A stretch of 64,000 nt of DNA from Candidatus Multivoradales bacterium (GTDB taxonomy: Bacteria > Acidobacteriota > Thermoanaerobaculia > Multivoradales > JAHEKO01). Numbering within the stretch: the first letter of the stretch is position 1; each line of letters opens with the position of its first letter. Location of the stretch: positions 96,001-160,000 of the forward strand of contig CBDCVR010000014.1 in assembly GCA_965223155.1 (NCBI GenBank), given 5' to 3'. The notes beneath the pieces were generated by a model, which was not told where the DNA came from, made no database searches, and worked only from the letters and a program-made list of their open reading frames with translations. The position numbers and the translations under genes are program-made. Below are positions 11,232-20,271 of this stretch, piece after piece.

Positions 11232-11837
11232 TCAGCCGGCGGCGGCGCCCGTAGACGCCCGGCGGCCCTTCTCCGCCTTGTCTCCCATCCCGCGAGCGAC
11301 CGCCGCCGTTCGGTTTCCCGACGCCGACTTGGAGGACGCCGTGTTCGCCTCGCCCTTCTTCGAGGCTCGATCGGCCTTGGCCGCCATCGCCTCGACGTCT
11401 TCCGCCGCCGTCCCCGGCTGCATGTCGATGCTCCCCTTGAACTTGGATCCGTTCTCCAAGTTGACCCGTGGCGCCGTCACGTTGCCCCGCACCCGGCCCG
11501 ATTCGCGGATCACCACCTGCTCGTCTCCGAACAGGTTGCCGTTCACCTGGCCCTCGACGCAGATGCTCTTCCCGAAGACATCGGCCTTGACCCGTCCGCT
11601 CTCGGACACCGTGACCTTGTGGCCCTCGACGTGAATCTGGCCCTCGACGGTGCCCTCGATGATCAGGTCTTCCTTGCCGGACAGATTGCCTGAGATCGAG
11701 ATGGACGGACCCAGGCTGGCGACCCTGTCCCGGCCCGAAGCCCGGGCCGGCTCGGAGGCGGTTCGCGCGCTAGCCTCGGAGCCGCGAGCCGTCCGCGGCT
11801 GAGAGATCGGTTCGTCTGAGCCCTTGTTCCACACCAC
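11232..11837 (-). CDS. Bactofilin (polymer-forming cytoskeletal protein)
   Basis: LGPSISISGNLSGKEDLIIEGTVEGQI...V.GNVTAPRV.LENG.KFKGSIDM beta-helix. AAGGAGGT RBS upstream. Confidence 0.9.
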   Translation of the reverse strand: MVWNKGSDEPISQPRTARGSEASARTASEPARASGRDRVASLGPSISISGNLSGKEDLIIEGTVEGQIHVEGHKVTVSESGRVKADVFGKSICVEGQVNGNLFGDEQVVIRESGRVRGNVTAPRVNLENGSKFKGSIDMQPGTAAEDVEAMAAKADRASKKGEANTASSKSASGNRTAAVARGMGDKAEKGRRASTGAAAG

Positions 11838-11865
11838 TCGATACCTCCTTCAGCTAATGCACGAC

Positions 11866-11881
11866 GCAACGCTGATGCCAA
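11866..11881 (-). promoter_or_regulatory. Sigma54 -24/-12 promoter for the bactofilin-ompA operon
   Basis: Minus strand reads TTGGCAT-CAGCG-TTGC, matching TGGCAC-N5-TTGC with one mismatch, about 30 nt upstream of the start codon. Confidence 0.75.
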
Positions 11882-11968
11882 GTTCTCTCGACCTCTTGGA
11901 AGTCGTTGTCCTGCAATAGCTTAGGCTCGATTCTTGGAAGATCCGCGTGCATCCGCCGATATCGAATG

Positions 11969-11983
11969 CGGAAAACTTTTCCG
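11969..11983. promoter_or_regulatory. Palindromic putative enhancer (UAS) for the adjacent sigma54 activator
   Basis: Perfect 7-1-7 palindrome CGGAAAA-C-TTTTCCG about 90 bp upstream of the -24 element. A half-site-like ACTTTTCCCG lies at about 12006-12015. Confidence 0.55.
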
Positions 11984-12020
11984 TTCCGGCACGAATCGGG
12001 GCTAGACTTTTCCCGTCTTC

Positions 12021-13400
12021 ATGAGCGACGAATCGATCAAGGTTCTCGTTGTCGATGACGAGGCCGCCATGCGCGAGGTGCTGGAGCTGCGCTTGGACCA
12101 GGCCGGCTTCGAGGTCCACCTGGCCGAGAGCGGTGAGGAGGCGCGGGACGCTGTCGACGCGGTCGCGCCCGATCTCGTGCTGTCGGACGTCGTGCTGCCG
12201 GACGCCAATGGCGTCGAGCTGTTGGACGCGCTCCGGGGCGGCGACGAGAACCGGCCGATCATCTTGATGACGGCCTACGGCACCGTCGACTCGGCGGTCG
12301 AGGCCATGAAGCTCGGGGCCTTCGATTTCCTGACCAAGCCGCTCGACTACAACCAGCTCGAGCAAACCCTGGGCGCCGCCTGCCGCAAGCTCACCGAACG
12401 CCGAGAAGCCCGGATCCTGGAAGGGCGCCTGGCAACCAACGGCGGCTACGGACCGTTCGTTGGCACCTCCAGGGTGATGCGGCGGATGTACGAGACGCTC
12501 GAGCTCCTGGCGGGCAACGACGCCACGGCCCTGATCGTCGGCGCCAGCGGCACCGGCAAGGAGCTGGCGGCGCGGACGCTCCACGACGCCGGCCGGCGCC
12601 GGCGCGGACCTTTCATCGCCGTCAACATGGCCGCCCTGCCCGAGACCCTCACCGAGCGCGAGCTCTTCGGCCATTCCCGCGGCGCCTTTACCGGAGCCGA
12701 CCGCTCGAAGCCCGGCCTCTTCGAGAGCGCGCACGAAGGCACGCTCTTTCTAGACGAGATCTGCGAGATGCCAATCGCTCTCCAGCCGAAGCTGCTCCGG
12801 GCTCTGGAAGAAGGCACCGTACGCCGTCTCGGCTCCTCCACTTCCAAGCGGGTCGATGTCCGCATCGTGGCGGCCACCAACCGCGACCCGCAGAGGGCCA
12901 TCCGCGATGGCCGGCTGCGCGAGGACCTCTTTTATCGGCTGAGTGTCTTCACCGTCCAGGTGCCGCCGCTGTCCACCCGGCGGGATGACCTGCCGCTGCT
13001 GGCGCAGGCGTTCGTCCGGCGCTTCAACGCCAAGCATTCGACGGTGGTGGAAGGAGTCTCGGCGGCGGCTCTCGCGCGGCTACAGCAGCACTCCTGGCCG
13101 GGCAACGTGCGCGAGCTACGCAACGTCCTGGAGCGCGCGGTCATCCTGACCAAATCCGGCTGGATCGAAGAGCATCACCTGCCCGAGTTCCTGCGGGAAG
13201 AGGGCAACGCCGCCACCGGAGACCACATCGCCGTGCCCGTCGGCTCGACCGTGGCCGAGGCCGAGCGCATCCTGATCCTCGAGACGTTGAAGCGCCTGGA
13301 CAACAACCGCTCGCAGACTGCCCGCGCCCTCGGCGTTACCGCGCGCACCATCCGCAACAAGCTCAAGGCATACCGCGAAGACCATGAAAGTCGCGACTAA
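12021..13400 (+). CDS. Sigma54-dependent response regulator (REC-AAA+-HTH, NtrC/GlrR type)
   Basis: VLVVDDE, GASGTGKE, GAFTGA, TLFLDEI, WPGNVREL motifs and a C-terminal HTH. Confidence 0.95.
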   Translation: MSDESIKVLVVDDEAAMREVLELRLDQAGFEVHLAESGEEARDAVDAVAPDLVLSDVVLPDANGVELLDALRGGDENRPIILMTAYGTVDSAVEAMKLGAFDFLTKPLDYNQLEQTLGAACRKLTERREARILEGRLATNGGYGPFVGTSRVMRRMYETLELLAGNDATALIVGASGTGKELAARTLHDAGRRRRGPFIAVNMAALPETLTERELFGHSRGAFTGADRSKPGLFESAHEGTLFLDEICEMPIALQPKLLRALEEGTVRRLGSSTSKRVDVRIVAATNRDPQRAIRDGRLREDLFYRLSVFTVQVPPLSTRRDDLPLLAQAFVRRFNAKHSTVVEGVSAAALARLQQHSWPGNVRELRNVLERAVILTKSGWIEEHHLPEFLREEGNAATGDHIAVPVGSTVAEAERILILETLKRLDNNRSQTARALGVTARTIRNKLKAYREDHESRD

Positions 13401-14931
13401 GGTTGCCGCCGCGTCGGGCCTTTGGGCCGCCGCCCTTCTGGCGGTGCTCTTCTTCAACTTGGTGCAAGTGCGCAGCCTGGCCTCCGAGAACCGGCGTATC
13501 GCCGACGTCGAGCTGCGTGCCACCACCCTCGCGCTCGAACAGCAGCGGACCCTCGCCACCGTCGATAGCTTCGTGCGCAAGCTCTTCGTGACTCGGGATC
13601 CCGCGTACGCCGCCCGGCTGGAACCGTTGCGCCGATCGTTCGCCGAGAACCTGATCGCCCTCCAGCAGCTACCCCTGTCGGACGAGCTCGTGCACGAAGT
13701 CGAAGCGATGAGCAGGCTCTGGTCCGAGATCCCCTTTACCGACATCATTCGCGAAACCGTCGCGCCGGTGCCCGACGTCCAGCACGAGGCCGAATCCGGG
13801 CTCGGATCTGGAGACCGGCCCGTGGGCGATCTGCCGGAAGTGTTCCTGCAGCTTTCGCATTCGCTAGCCGATCGGGCCACCACCATGGTGGGGCTGACCG
13901 AGGCCGGGGTCGGCCGCGTGGCCGTTCAGTCCGCGGAGGCCAGCGACCGGGCGCTCAGGATCTCCTGGATCGTGGCTCTGACCGGCCTCAGCCTCTCCCT
14001 GCCTCTGTTGTGGTTTACGGTCAACTCCATCCGCAAGCCGCTCCAGCGCCTGGCGCGGGGTACCCAGGCGGTCGCGCACGGCGAGTACTCGGTGCACCTC
14101 CGGAGCGAGAGCACCGACGAGTTCGCCCCGGTCACGGATAGCTTCAACAAGATGGCCGAACGGCTCGAAGAGCTGGACCGCGCCAAGCGCGACTTCCTCT
14201 CCCACGTCTCCCACGAGCTCAAGACTCCGCTCGCCGCCATGTACGAGACCGACTCGTTGCTGCTGGAAGAAGTTCCTGGCAGCCTGACCGACAAGCAGAA
14301 GCGCCTGCTGGAGTTGAGCCTCGAGAACAACCGGCGGTTGGAAACCATGATCACCAAGCTCCTGGACCTGTCCCAGCTCGAGGAGGGAGCGCTCGAGTAC
14401 AACTTCGAGCAGCACGAGCTCAACGAGATCCTGGCGGCGGTGATCGAGGCCCACGCCGCCGCTGCCTGGGCCCGCGGAGTCTCCCTGTCGCTGGCCACCA
14501 GCCAGCCGATTCACGCCTTCTGCGACCGAGACCGCATCATCCAGGTGCTCGGAAATCTGATCGAGAACGGCATCCGGCATGCTCCCGAGGGCTCTGCCAT
14601 CGGCATCGACATCACCACCGACCTGGACGGCGAGACCCAGCTGCGCGTCCCTCAGACCGACTGCGCCGTGGTCCAGGTGGCCGATCGGGGCCCCGGCGTT
14701 CCCGAGGAGGAGAAGGAGCGGATCTTCGAGAAGTTCCACCAGATCCGAACCGAGGGACGCAGCAGCGGCGGCAGCGTCGGCCTCGGGCTCGCCATCTCAC
14801 GTGAGATCGTGGACGCCCACGGCGGGGCGCTCTGGGTCAGCGATCGTGACGGCGGCGGGGCGTTGTTCTCGCTCGCGCTGCCGCGCGAAGAAACACCGAT
14901 CCAAGCGGTTGGGGGCAGGGTCTCGGCATGA
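13384..14931 (+). CDS. Membrane sensor histidine kinase (periplasmic sensor-HAMP-HisKA-HATPase), GlrK/QseE-like
   Basis: Two TM helices, HAMP, SHELKTPL, NLIENG, DRGPG and GLGLAI motifs. Confidence 0.93.
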   Translation: MKVATKVAAASGLWAAALLAVLFFNLVQVRSLASENRRIADVELRATTLALEQQRTLATVDSFVRKLFVTRDPAYAARLEPLRRSFAENLIALQQLPLSDELVHEVEAMSRLWSEIPFTDIIRETVAPVPDVQHEAESGLGSGDRPVGDLPEVFLQLSHSLADRATTMVGLTEAGVGRVAVQSAEASDRALRISWIVALTGLSLSLPLLWFTVNSIRKPLQRLARGTQAVAHGEYSVHLRSESTDEFAPVTDSFNKMAERLEELDRAKRDFLSHVSHELKTPLAAMYETDSLLLEEVPGSLTDKQKRLLELSLENNRRLETMITKLLDLSQLEEGALEYNFEQHELNEILAAVIEAHAAAAWARGVSLSLATSQPIHAFCDRDRIIQVLGNLIENGIRHAPEGSAIGIDITTDLDGETQLRVPQTDCAVVQVADRGPGVPEEEKERIFEKFHQIRTEGRSSGGSVGLGLAISREIVDAHGGALWVSDRDGGGALFSLALPREETPIQAVGGRVSA

Positions 14932-15569
14932 CGGGCCGCAGGACGCCCGCCCGCGGGAAGACCTATCCCGGCTCGCGAACTCGGCACGCGGACATCGCGC
15001 GCTTGCTGGCGGCAGTCGCGATCCTGGCGGCGGCGTGGCTCGCCGGGTGCGCCACCGCCCCGGCCCCCGGTGACCGCCTGTTCGAGAGCGGCGACCTTAC
15101 CGGCGCCAGAGACGCCTATCTGGCCCAGCTCGAAGAGCAGGGTTCCGGCCGATCCGCCGAGCGGGCCCTCTTCCGGCTCGGCCTCATCTACCTCCACCCG
15201 GAGAGTCCGCTCTTCGACCCCGAGGAAGGCGAGACGGTGCTGGAGCGTCTGAGCGCGGCCGAGCCCACTAGCGCGTACGCTCGGCAGGCTAGCCTGCTCC
15301 TGGGGGTCCAGGCGGAAGTCAACACCCTACGGGCCGCGGTCGCCGAGCAGGCCGAGCTCCGCCAGGAGCTCGAGTCCGCGCTTTCCGAGGCACGCGACTC
15401 CGCGACTCTCCAGGAGGTCCGGTTCCAGGCCCGCGAGAAGAACCTGTCCAACCTGAGTACTGCCCTGGCCCGGCTCAAGAAGGAGATCGAGCGGCTTACC
15501 GAGGAGGTGGCCGCCCGAGAAGACGAGCTCGAGCGCCTGAAGGCGATCGATCTGGACGGCCCGCCCTAG
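14928..15569 (+). CDS. Lipoprotein with TPR-like helices and C-terminal coiled-coil, QseG/YfhG-like
   Basis: Lipobox LAGC, ALFRLGLIY.HPESP and coiled-coil ending LERLKAIDL. ATGA overlap with the kinase. Confidence 0.65.
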   Translation: MTGRRTPARGKTYPGSRTRHADIARLLAAVAILAAAWLAGCATAPAPGDRLFESGDLTGARDAYLAQLEEQGSGRSAERALFRLGLIYLHPESPLFDPEEGETVLERLSAAEPTSAYARQASLLLGVQAEVNTLRAAVAEQAELRQELESALSEARDSATLQEVRFQAREKNLSNLSTALARLKKEIERLTEEVAAREDELERLKAIDLDGPP

Positions 15570-15705
15570 GGCTTGCTGAAAACTCGTGCGGGTTGCGTTG
15601 CGGGCGCCGTGGCTGTCACGGGCAGGTGGCGCGACGCAGGCGATGCCGAAGCATCCCAGTAGCGCCAATGCCCCGCGGCTGCCACGCCTCCGCAACCCGA
15701 AGGGC
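15570..15705. repeat. REP/MITE-like long imperfect palindrome
   Basis: GGCTTGCTGAAA end, then nested stems CGGGTTGCG/CGCAACCCG, CGTGGC/GCCACG, TGGCGC/GCGCCA and GATGC-CGAA-GCATC between convergent genes. Confidence 0.55.
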
Positions 15706-15707
15706 GG

Positions 15708-17927
15708 CTACTCGCCGCCCAGCTCCGTCCAAAGATGGGCGTAGGCCAGGGCCAGCCGATGGGCGAGCTGCTCGTTGGTGCTGGAGCCGCCGTGGCCGCC
15801 TTCCAAGTTCTCGTAGTAGCGAACCTCTTGCCCTAGCTCGAGCAACCGGGCCGCCAGCTTGCGCGCGTGGCCCGGATGCACCCGATCGTCCCGAGTGGAG
15901 GTGAAGAAGAAGACCGGCGGGTACTCGGTGTCCGGCCGCAGGTTGTGGTACGGCGAATAGGTCTCAAGATAACTCCACATGTCGGGATCGTCGGGATCTC
16001 CGAACTCGGCCATCCAGCTCGCTCCCGCCAGGAGCTTGTGGTACCGCCTCATGTCGGTGAGAGGAACGCCGCAGATGACCGCGCCATAGAGCTCGGGCCG
16101 CCGTGCCAGGGTCGCCGAGACCAGGAGCCCGCCGTTGCTCCGCCCCTCGATTCCCAGGTGCTCGGGGGTGGTCACCCCGCGCCGTGCCAGATCCTCGGCC
16201 ACCGCCTCGAAGTCCTCGAAGGCCTTGTGGCGGTTCTTGAGCAGCGCGGCCGCGTGCCAGCCGGGACCAAACTCGCCGCCGCCACGGATGTTGGCCAAGA
16301 CGAAGACACCGCCCCGCTCCAGCCAGAGTTTTCCGTACGAACCAAAGAGCTGCTCGTAGGAGCCCGAGTACGAGGGCGTCAGGGAGTTGCGAAAGCCCCC
16401 GTACGAGAAGATGTGGGTCGGGTTGCCGCCGTCCAGCTCGAGGCCGTCCCGGCCCACCTGGAAGTACGGCACGCGGGTGCCGTCGGCCGACACCGCGAAG
16501 TGCTGCTCGACGGCAAACCGGGATCCGTCGAAGGTGGCTTCCTGGGCCTTGATCGCCCGCGGCTGCCAACCGGGCCCCTCCACGTAGTAGAGAGTCGGCG
16601 GCGTGGTAAAGCTCTCGAACTGAACGAAGAAGCTGCCCGAGTCGTCATCCGAGGTGACCACCCCGAGGGCACCGTTGTCCGGAAACGGGATCGGCCGCCG
16701 CGCCCAGCCGTCGCCCGTCCGGGTGTACCGGTAGAGGCGACCCCGAACATTGTCGAGCATGGTGACCAGAATGGCGTCGCCGGCGACGTCGACGGCTTCG
16801 ACGATCGCGTTCGCCGACGGCTCGACCAGGACGTGGAGATCGGCCGTGGCACCCTCGTACAGACTCGAAGGCGGTGCCACGAGCACGGCGCCGCGCGCCA
16901 GAGTGGTGCCGCCGCGGGTCCAGTCCTCCTTGAGAGACAGCACCAGGCTTCCCTGGAAGACGTCCTCGACAATAGTGCTCTCCGGCATCGCCAGAGGGTG
17001 GAGCTCGCCGGCTGCCAGATGCCGGTACGACCGGGTCCAGAAATCGAGGGCTTCGGTCACCAGATCCAGGTCCCCGGCTTCATCGTGGAAGCGGACGGCT
17101 CCCGCTCCCACCGAGGCCGTGGCGCCTTCAAAGACCAACTCGGCCTCCGCCAGAGGTTGCCCTCGCCGCCACAGTTTGGCGATACGCGGATAGCCGGAGT
17201 CGGTGAGCGAGCCCTCGCCGAAGTCGGTGCCCACGAAGACCGTGTCCCGGTCGATCCAGGAGAGACCGGACTTCGCCACCGGCAGCTCGAAACCGCCGGC
17301 AACGAACTCCAGTGTCTCGGTGTCGAACTCCCGCACCACGGTGGCATCGCCCCCGCCGGGCGACAGCTCCACCAGGCACCGCTTGTAGTCCTTGGGCAGA
17401 CAGTCCATTCCCTTGAAGACCCACTGCACGCCGTCGGCGGCGGCCATGGCGTCGATATCCAGGACGGTCTCCCAGGCGGGTTCGTCCCGTTCGAGCTCGG
17501 CCAGGGTCGTGCGCCGGTAGACGCCCCGCGGATGCTCCTCATCGCGCCAGAAGTTGTACAGATACTGGCCGCGCTGGGTCACCCGGGGGATGCGGGACTG
17601 GGAGTTGAGCGCCGCCAGCGCCTGCTCCTTGAAATCTGCGAACTCGGGATGGGCTTCGAGCTTGGCCGCGCCCTCGGCGTTGCGGGCTCGGACCCAGTCC
17701 AGTGCCCGCTCGCCATCGATGTCTTCGAGCCAGAAATACGGATCTTCGAACTCGCTTTCGTGGGCTGCGTCCGCCGACTGCGTTGCCTCCGCTGCCGCGA
17801 CTGCCTCCGCTGGCGCCGCCGGCTCCGACACCGCTGGCGCCGGCGGTTCGGTATGGGCGCATCCGGCGGTTAGGAGCAGCAGCAACGGTAACGAGACGAT
17901 TGGAGCAGCGAATTTTCGGACCGTCAT
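15708..17927 (-). CDS. Prolyl oligopeptidase (S9A) lipoprotein
   Basis: Lipobox TAGC, DPYFWLE, NIRGGGEFG, GRSNGG (catalytic Ser), DDRVHP and GGHG motifs. Start ATG 17927. Confidence 0.92.
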   Translation of the reverse strand: MTVRKFAAPIVSLPLLLLLTAGCAHTEPPAPAVSEPAAPAEAVAAAEATQSADAAHESEFEDPYFWLEDIDGERALDWVRARNAEGAAKLEAHPEFADFKEQALAALNSQSRIPRVTQRGQYLYNFWRDEEHPRGVYRRTTLAELERDEPAWETVLDIDAMAAADGVQWVFKGMDCLPKDYKRCLVELSPGGGDATVVREFDTETLEFVAGGFELPVAKSGLSWIDRDTVFVGTDFGEGSLTDSGYPRIAKLWRRGQPLAEAELVFEGATASVGAGAVRFHDEAGDLDLVTEALDFWTRSYRHLAAGELHPLAMPESTIVEDVFQGSLVLSLKEDWTRGGTTLARGAVLVAPPSSLYEGATADLHVLVEPSANAIVEAVDVAGDAILVTMLDNVRGRLYRYTRTGDGWARRPIPFPDNGALGVVTSDDDSGSFFVQFESFTTPPTLYYVEGPGWQPRAIKAQEATFDGSRFAVEQHFAVSADGTRVPYFQVGRDGLELDGGNPTHIFSYGGFRNSLTPSYSGSYEQLFGSYGKLWLERGGVFVLANIRGGGEFGPGWHAAALLKNRHKAFEDFEAVAEDLARRGVTTPEHLGIEGRSNGGLLVSATLARRPELYGAVICGVPLTDMRRYHKLLAGASWMAEFGDPDDPDMWSYLETYSPYHNLRPDTEYPPVFFFTSTRDDRVHPGHARKLAARLLELGQEVRYYENLEGGHGGSSTNEQLAHRLALAYAHLWTELGGE

Positions 17928-18015
17928 GGAACCTCCCCCGTGGTGGAAGCGCGATGGTAGCAGGCCGGCTCGGGCTCGACCCCCGCCTCGAGACAGCCTC
18001 CAGAATGCCTTCAGG

Positions 18016-18059
18016 CTGGCTCCTGATTGGCTCCTGATTGGCCCCAGACTGGCCCCGGC
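18016..18059. repeat. Four degenerate 11-bp direct repeats in a divergent promoter region
   Basis: CTGGCTCCTGA TTGGCTCCTGA TTGGCCCCAGA CTGGCCCCGGC. Confidence 0.6.
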
Positions 18060-18134
18060 GGCCTCGCCTGCCTGCTGGGACCGCCTGATACAGTGCCCGC
18101 GGCCCGTAAAGCGCGGGGCACGACTGGATAGCCA

Positions 18135-18767
18135 ATGAACGTCTCGGGCGAGTACACCTTCGACGCCACCCCGGAAGCGGTGTGGACGGGTCTCTTGGAC
18201 CCCGAGGTTCTGGCCGCCACCATGCCTGGCTGCGAGCGCCTGGAGCTGGTGGGCGAGCACCGGTACGAAGGCGCCCTCGACATCAAGGTCGGTCCGGTCC
18301 AGGGCAAGTTCCAGGGCAAGATCCGGCTGGAGGATCTGGAGCCGCCGACCGGCTTTCGCATGCTGGTCGAGGGTCAGGGCGCGCCCGGCTTCGTGCGGGC
18401 GAGCGCCGAGATCGCGATCCAACCGGACGGCGACCGCACCAAGCTTGTCTACGACGGCGATGCCCAAGTGGGCGGCCGGGTGGCTTCGGTCGGACAGCGA
18501 TTGCTGGAGAGCTCGGCCAAGGCCATCATCCGGCAGAGCCTGGAGGGCCTCAATCAGACGCTGACGCACCGGCAAGCGCTGGCGGATGGAGCCGGCGCGG
18601 CGGACGCTGTGACGCCGGATGCCGCAGCGGCGCCTGCCGCTCCCTCCCAGGCCGAGTTCGCCACCAAGGTCGCGGCCGAAGTGGCCAAGGACCTGCTCCC
18701 CAGGCCGGTCCTCTACGGCATCATCGTCCTGCTCGTTGTCCTGGTGATCCTGCTCCTGATCTTCTAG
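18135..18767 (+). CDS. CoxG-like SRPBCC protein with C-terminal membrane anchor
   Basis: VW..LLDPEVL...MPGC, IKVGPVQGKF.G and VGGRVASVGQRL motifs, C-terminal TM helix. No cox genes nearby. Confidence 0.85.
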   Translation: MNVSGEYTFDATPEAVWTGLLDPEVLAATMPGCERLELVGEHRYEGALDIKVGPVQGKFQGKIRLEDLEPPTGFRMLVEGQGAPGFVRASAEIAIQPDGDRTKLVYDGDAQVGGRVASVGQRLLESSAKAIIRQSLEGLNQTLTHRQALADGAGAADAVTPDAAAAPAAPSQAEFATKVAAEVAKDLLPRPVLYGIIVLLVVLVILLLIF

Positions 18768-18879
18768 CCCGGGTCACCAAGGTTCGGCGAGTAGGCCTCG
18801 GCAGATCTCAACAGGCCGAAACTGTCCGAATCTATTCGGCGAGCTTCGGACTCACCCGGCTGGCGCGCCCGAGAGCGGG

Positions 18880-20271
18880 CTATCGAATCTCGGAGCCGTA
18901 GCGGACCATCACGGCCGCCTCCCCCCGATCGGCAACCAGCCGGGCGATGGTCTCCGCCATCCGGTCCCGGCGCTTGAGCAGGGAGCGGATCTGACGCTTG
19001 GTCAAGTACTGGCCGAGAGCTTCCGTAAGTGCCGCCTCGTCGAGCATCCGCATCCGCTCCCAGAGATCGGCGTCCACGCGGATCAGCTCATGAGTCTCGC
19101 GACGCCCCTCGGTGAAGGCGCGCGAGTGGTCGATGAGAATGATGTTCCACGCCGGATCCACCAGCCAATTGCCTAGATTGGGGTCGACGTTGTGAATCAG
19201 GTTGTCGAACATCTTGGCCCGGATGAGCTGGATGTTCCAACGCTTCAGAAGAGCCGCCGGCGGCGTCGGGGCTCCGCCCAGCTCCTTGAAGGTCTTGCTG
19301 GGCTCGACCCAGAGGGCAGCGGCGCCCGTCTGGTGCCCGATCCTGCGCTCGACCGTCACCGGAACCATGTCCAGCCCCAGCAGCCGGTCGAGCTCGTAGG
19401 CCGCCACCTCGGCATGGTAGCTCTCGAAGAAGCCGGCCTGCACGCCTCGCCGGATCGGCTTCCAGGCGAAGGCCCGTACCGGACTGTCATGAGCCAAGGT
19501 GGCCTTGAACGGCTGGGTCACTCCGACGCCGATCGGCTCCAAAGACACCGGCTCGGCCGAGCGCAGCGTCTCGGCCACCTCGTGCTCGCGGCCCAGCCAG
19601 GTCTTCGAGCTGGCCGCCGGCGCGGCCCCGCCCTCGCCGGGCCTTTCGGCCGCAGGATCCAACGCCGCCGTCTCCGGTCGCGTGGATGGGGCCGCCTCGG
19701 CCGGTTCAATCGGTTGGGCCGGTCTGGAGCCGCCGGCACGGACCGCCGGGCTCTCCAACCCGGTAGCGCGGCTGAAGGTCCAGGCACGGCTCTCGGAGGT
19801 ATCAGAGCCAGCGGCGCCAGCGATCTCGGCCACCAGCCGATCGCCCTCCAAACGGTAGCGGATCTCCTGCGGATAGTCGTGGTCCGGATTCCGGAAGACC
19901 ACCCTCCGCTGTGTGAGTTCGACCAGGGAAAACGCCGTCGCCGGGCGGCCCTGCGGCGAGGCGAAGTAGGCCAAGTCCGCACCGTCTTCCGCCGGGCCGA
20001 TGCGCAGGAACTCGAAGGACGCGGTGCCGCCGCCCTCCACCGGAAGGTCCCGGTGCAGGCCCAGCATGAGACCTCCGGCCGGCTCGAGCCAGCACTCCAA
20101 CGAGGCTCCGTCCTTGGCGCTCCAGCAGCCGGCGAGCCAGTCCAGCCGGTCGATCTCGGCGAGGGCGGTCGAGGCTGACGCAACGGCGGAGGCTTCCGTC
20201 CCTCGGGCCGCCGCCGGAACCAGCAAAGCCGCCAGTAGGGCCGCGCCGGTTCCGAGCCGGAAGCGCCTCAT
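18880..20271 (-). CDS. Secreted fusion: DUF6265-like N-domain plus atypical (HipA/Fam20/PI3-4K-like) kinase-fold C-domain
   Basis: Signal peptide; LDWLAGCW...FEFLRI...FRNPDHDYPQEIRY; Pro/Ala linker; WKP...EVAAYELDRLLGLDMVPVT...FDNLIHNVDPNLGN...LIDHSRAF. Confidence 0.6.
   Translation of the reverse strand: MRRFRLGTGAALLAALLVPAAARGTEASAVASASTALAEIDRLDWLAGCWSAKDGASLECWLEPAGGLMLGLHRDLPVEGGGTASFEFLRIGPAEDGADLAYFASPQGRPATAFSLVELTQRRVVFRNPDHDYPQEIRYRLEGDRLVAEIAGAAGSDTSESRAWTFSRATGLESPAVRAGGSRPAQPIEPAEAAPSTRPETAALDPAAERPGEGGAAPAASSKTWLGREHEVAETLRSAEPVSLEPIGVGVTQPFKATLAHDSPVRAFAWKPIRRGVQAGFFESYHAEVAAYELDRLLGLDMVPVTVERRIGHQTGAAALWVEPSKTFKELGGAPTPPAALLKRWNIQLIRAKMFDNLIHNVDPNLGNWLVDPAWNIILIDHSRAFTEGRRETHELIRVDADLWERMRMLDEAALTEALGQYLTKRQIRSLLKRRDRMAETIARLVADRGEAAVMVRYGSEIR

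Noticed and set aside
15708-18575. 955-aa prolyl oligopeptidase with novel N-terminal extension
   Set aside because: The extension is antisense to the coxG-like gene. A lipoprotein signal and RBS define the start at 17927.
18135-18767. CO dehydrogenase locus
   Set aside because: The CoxG-like gene is alone, with no coxL, coxM or coxS in the window.
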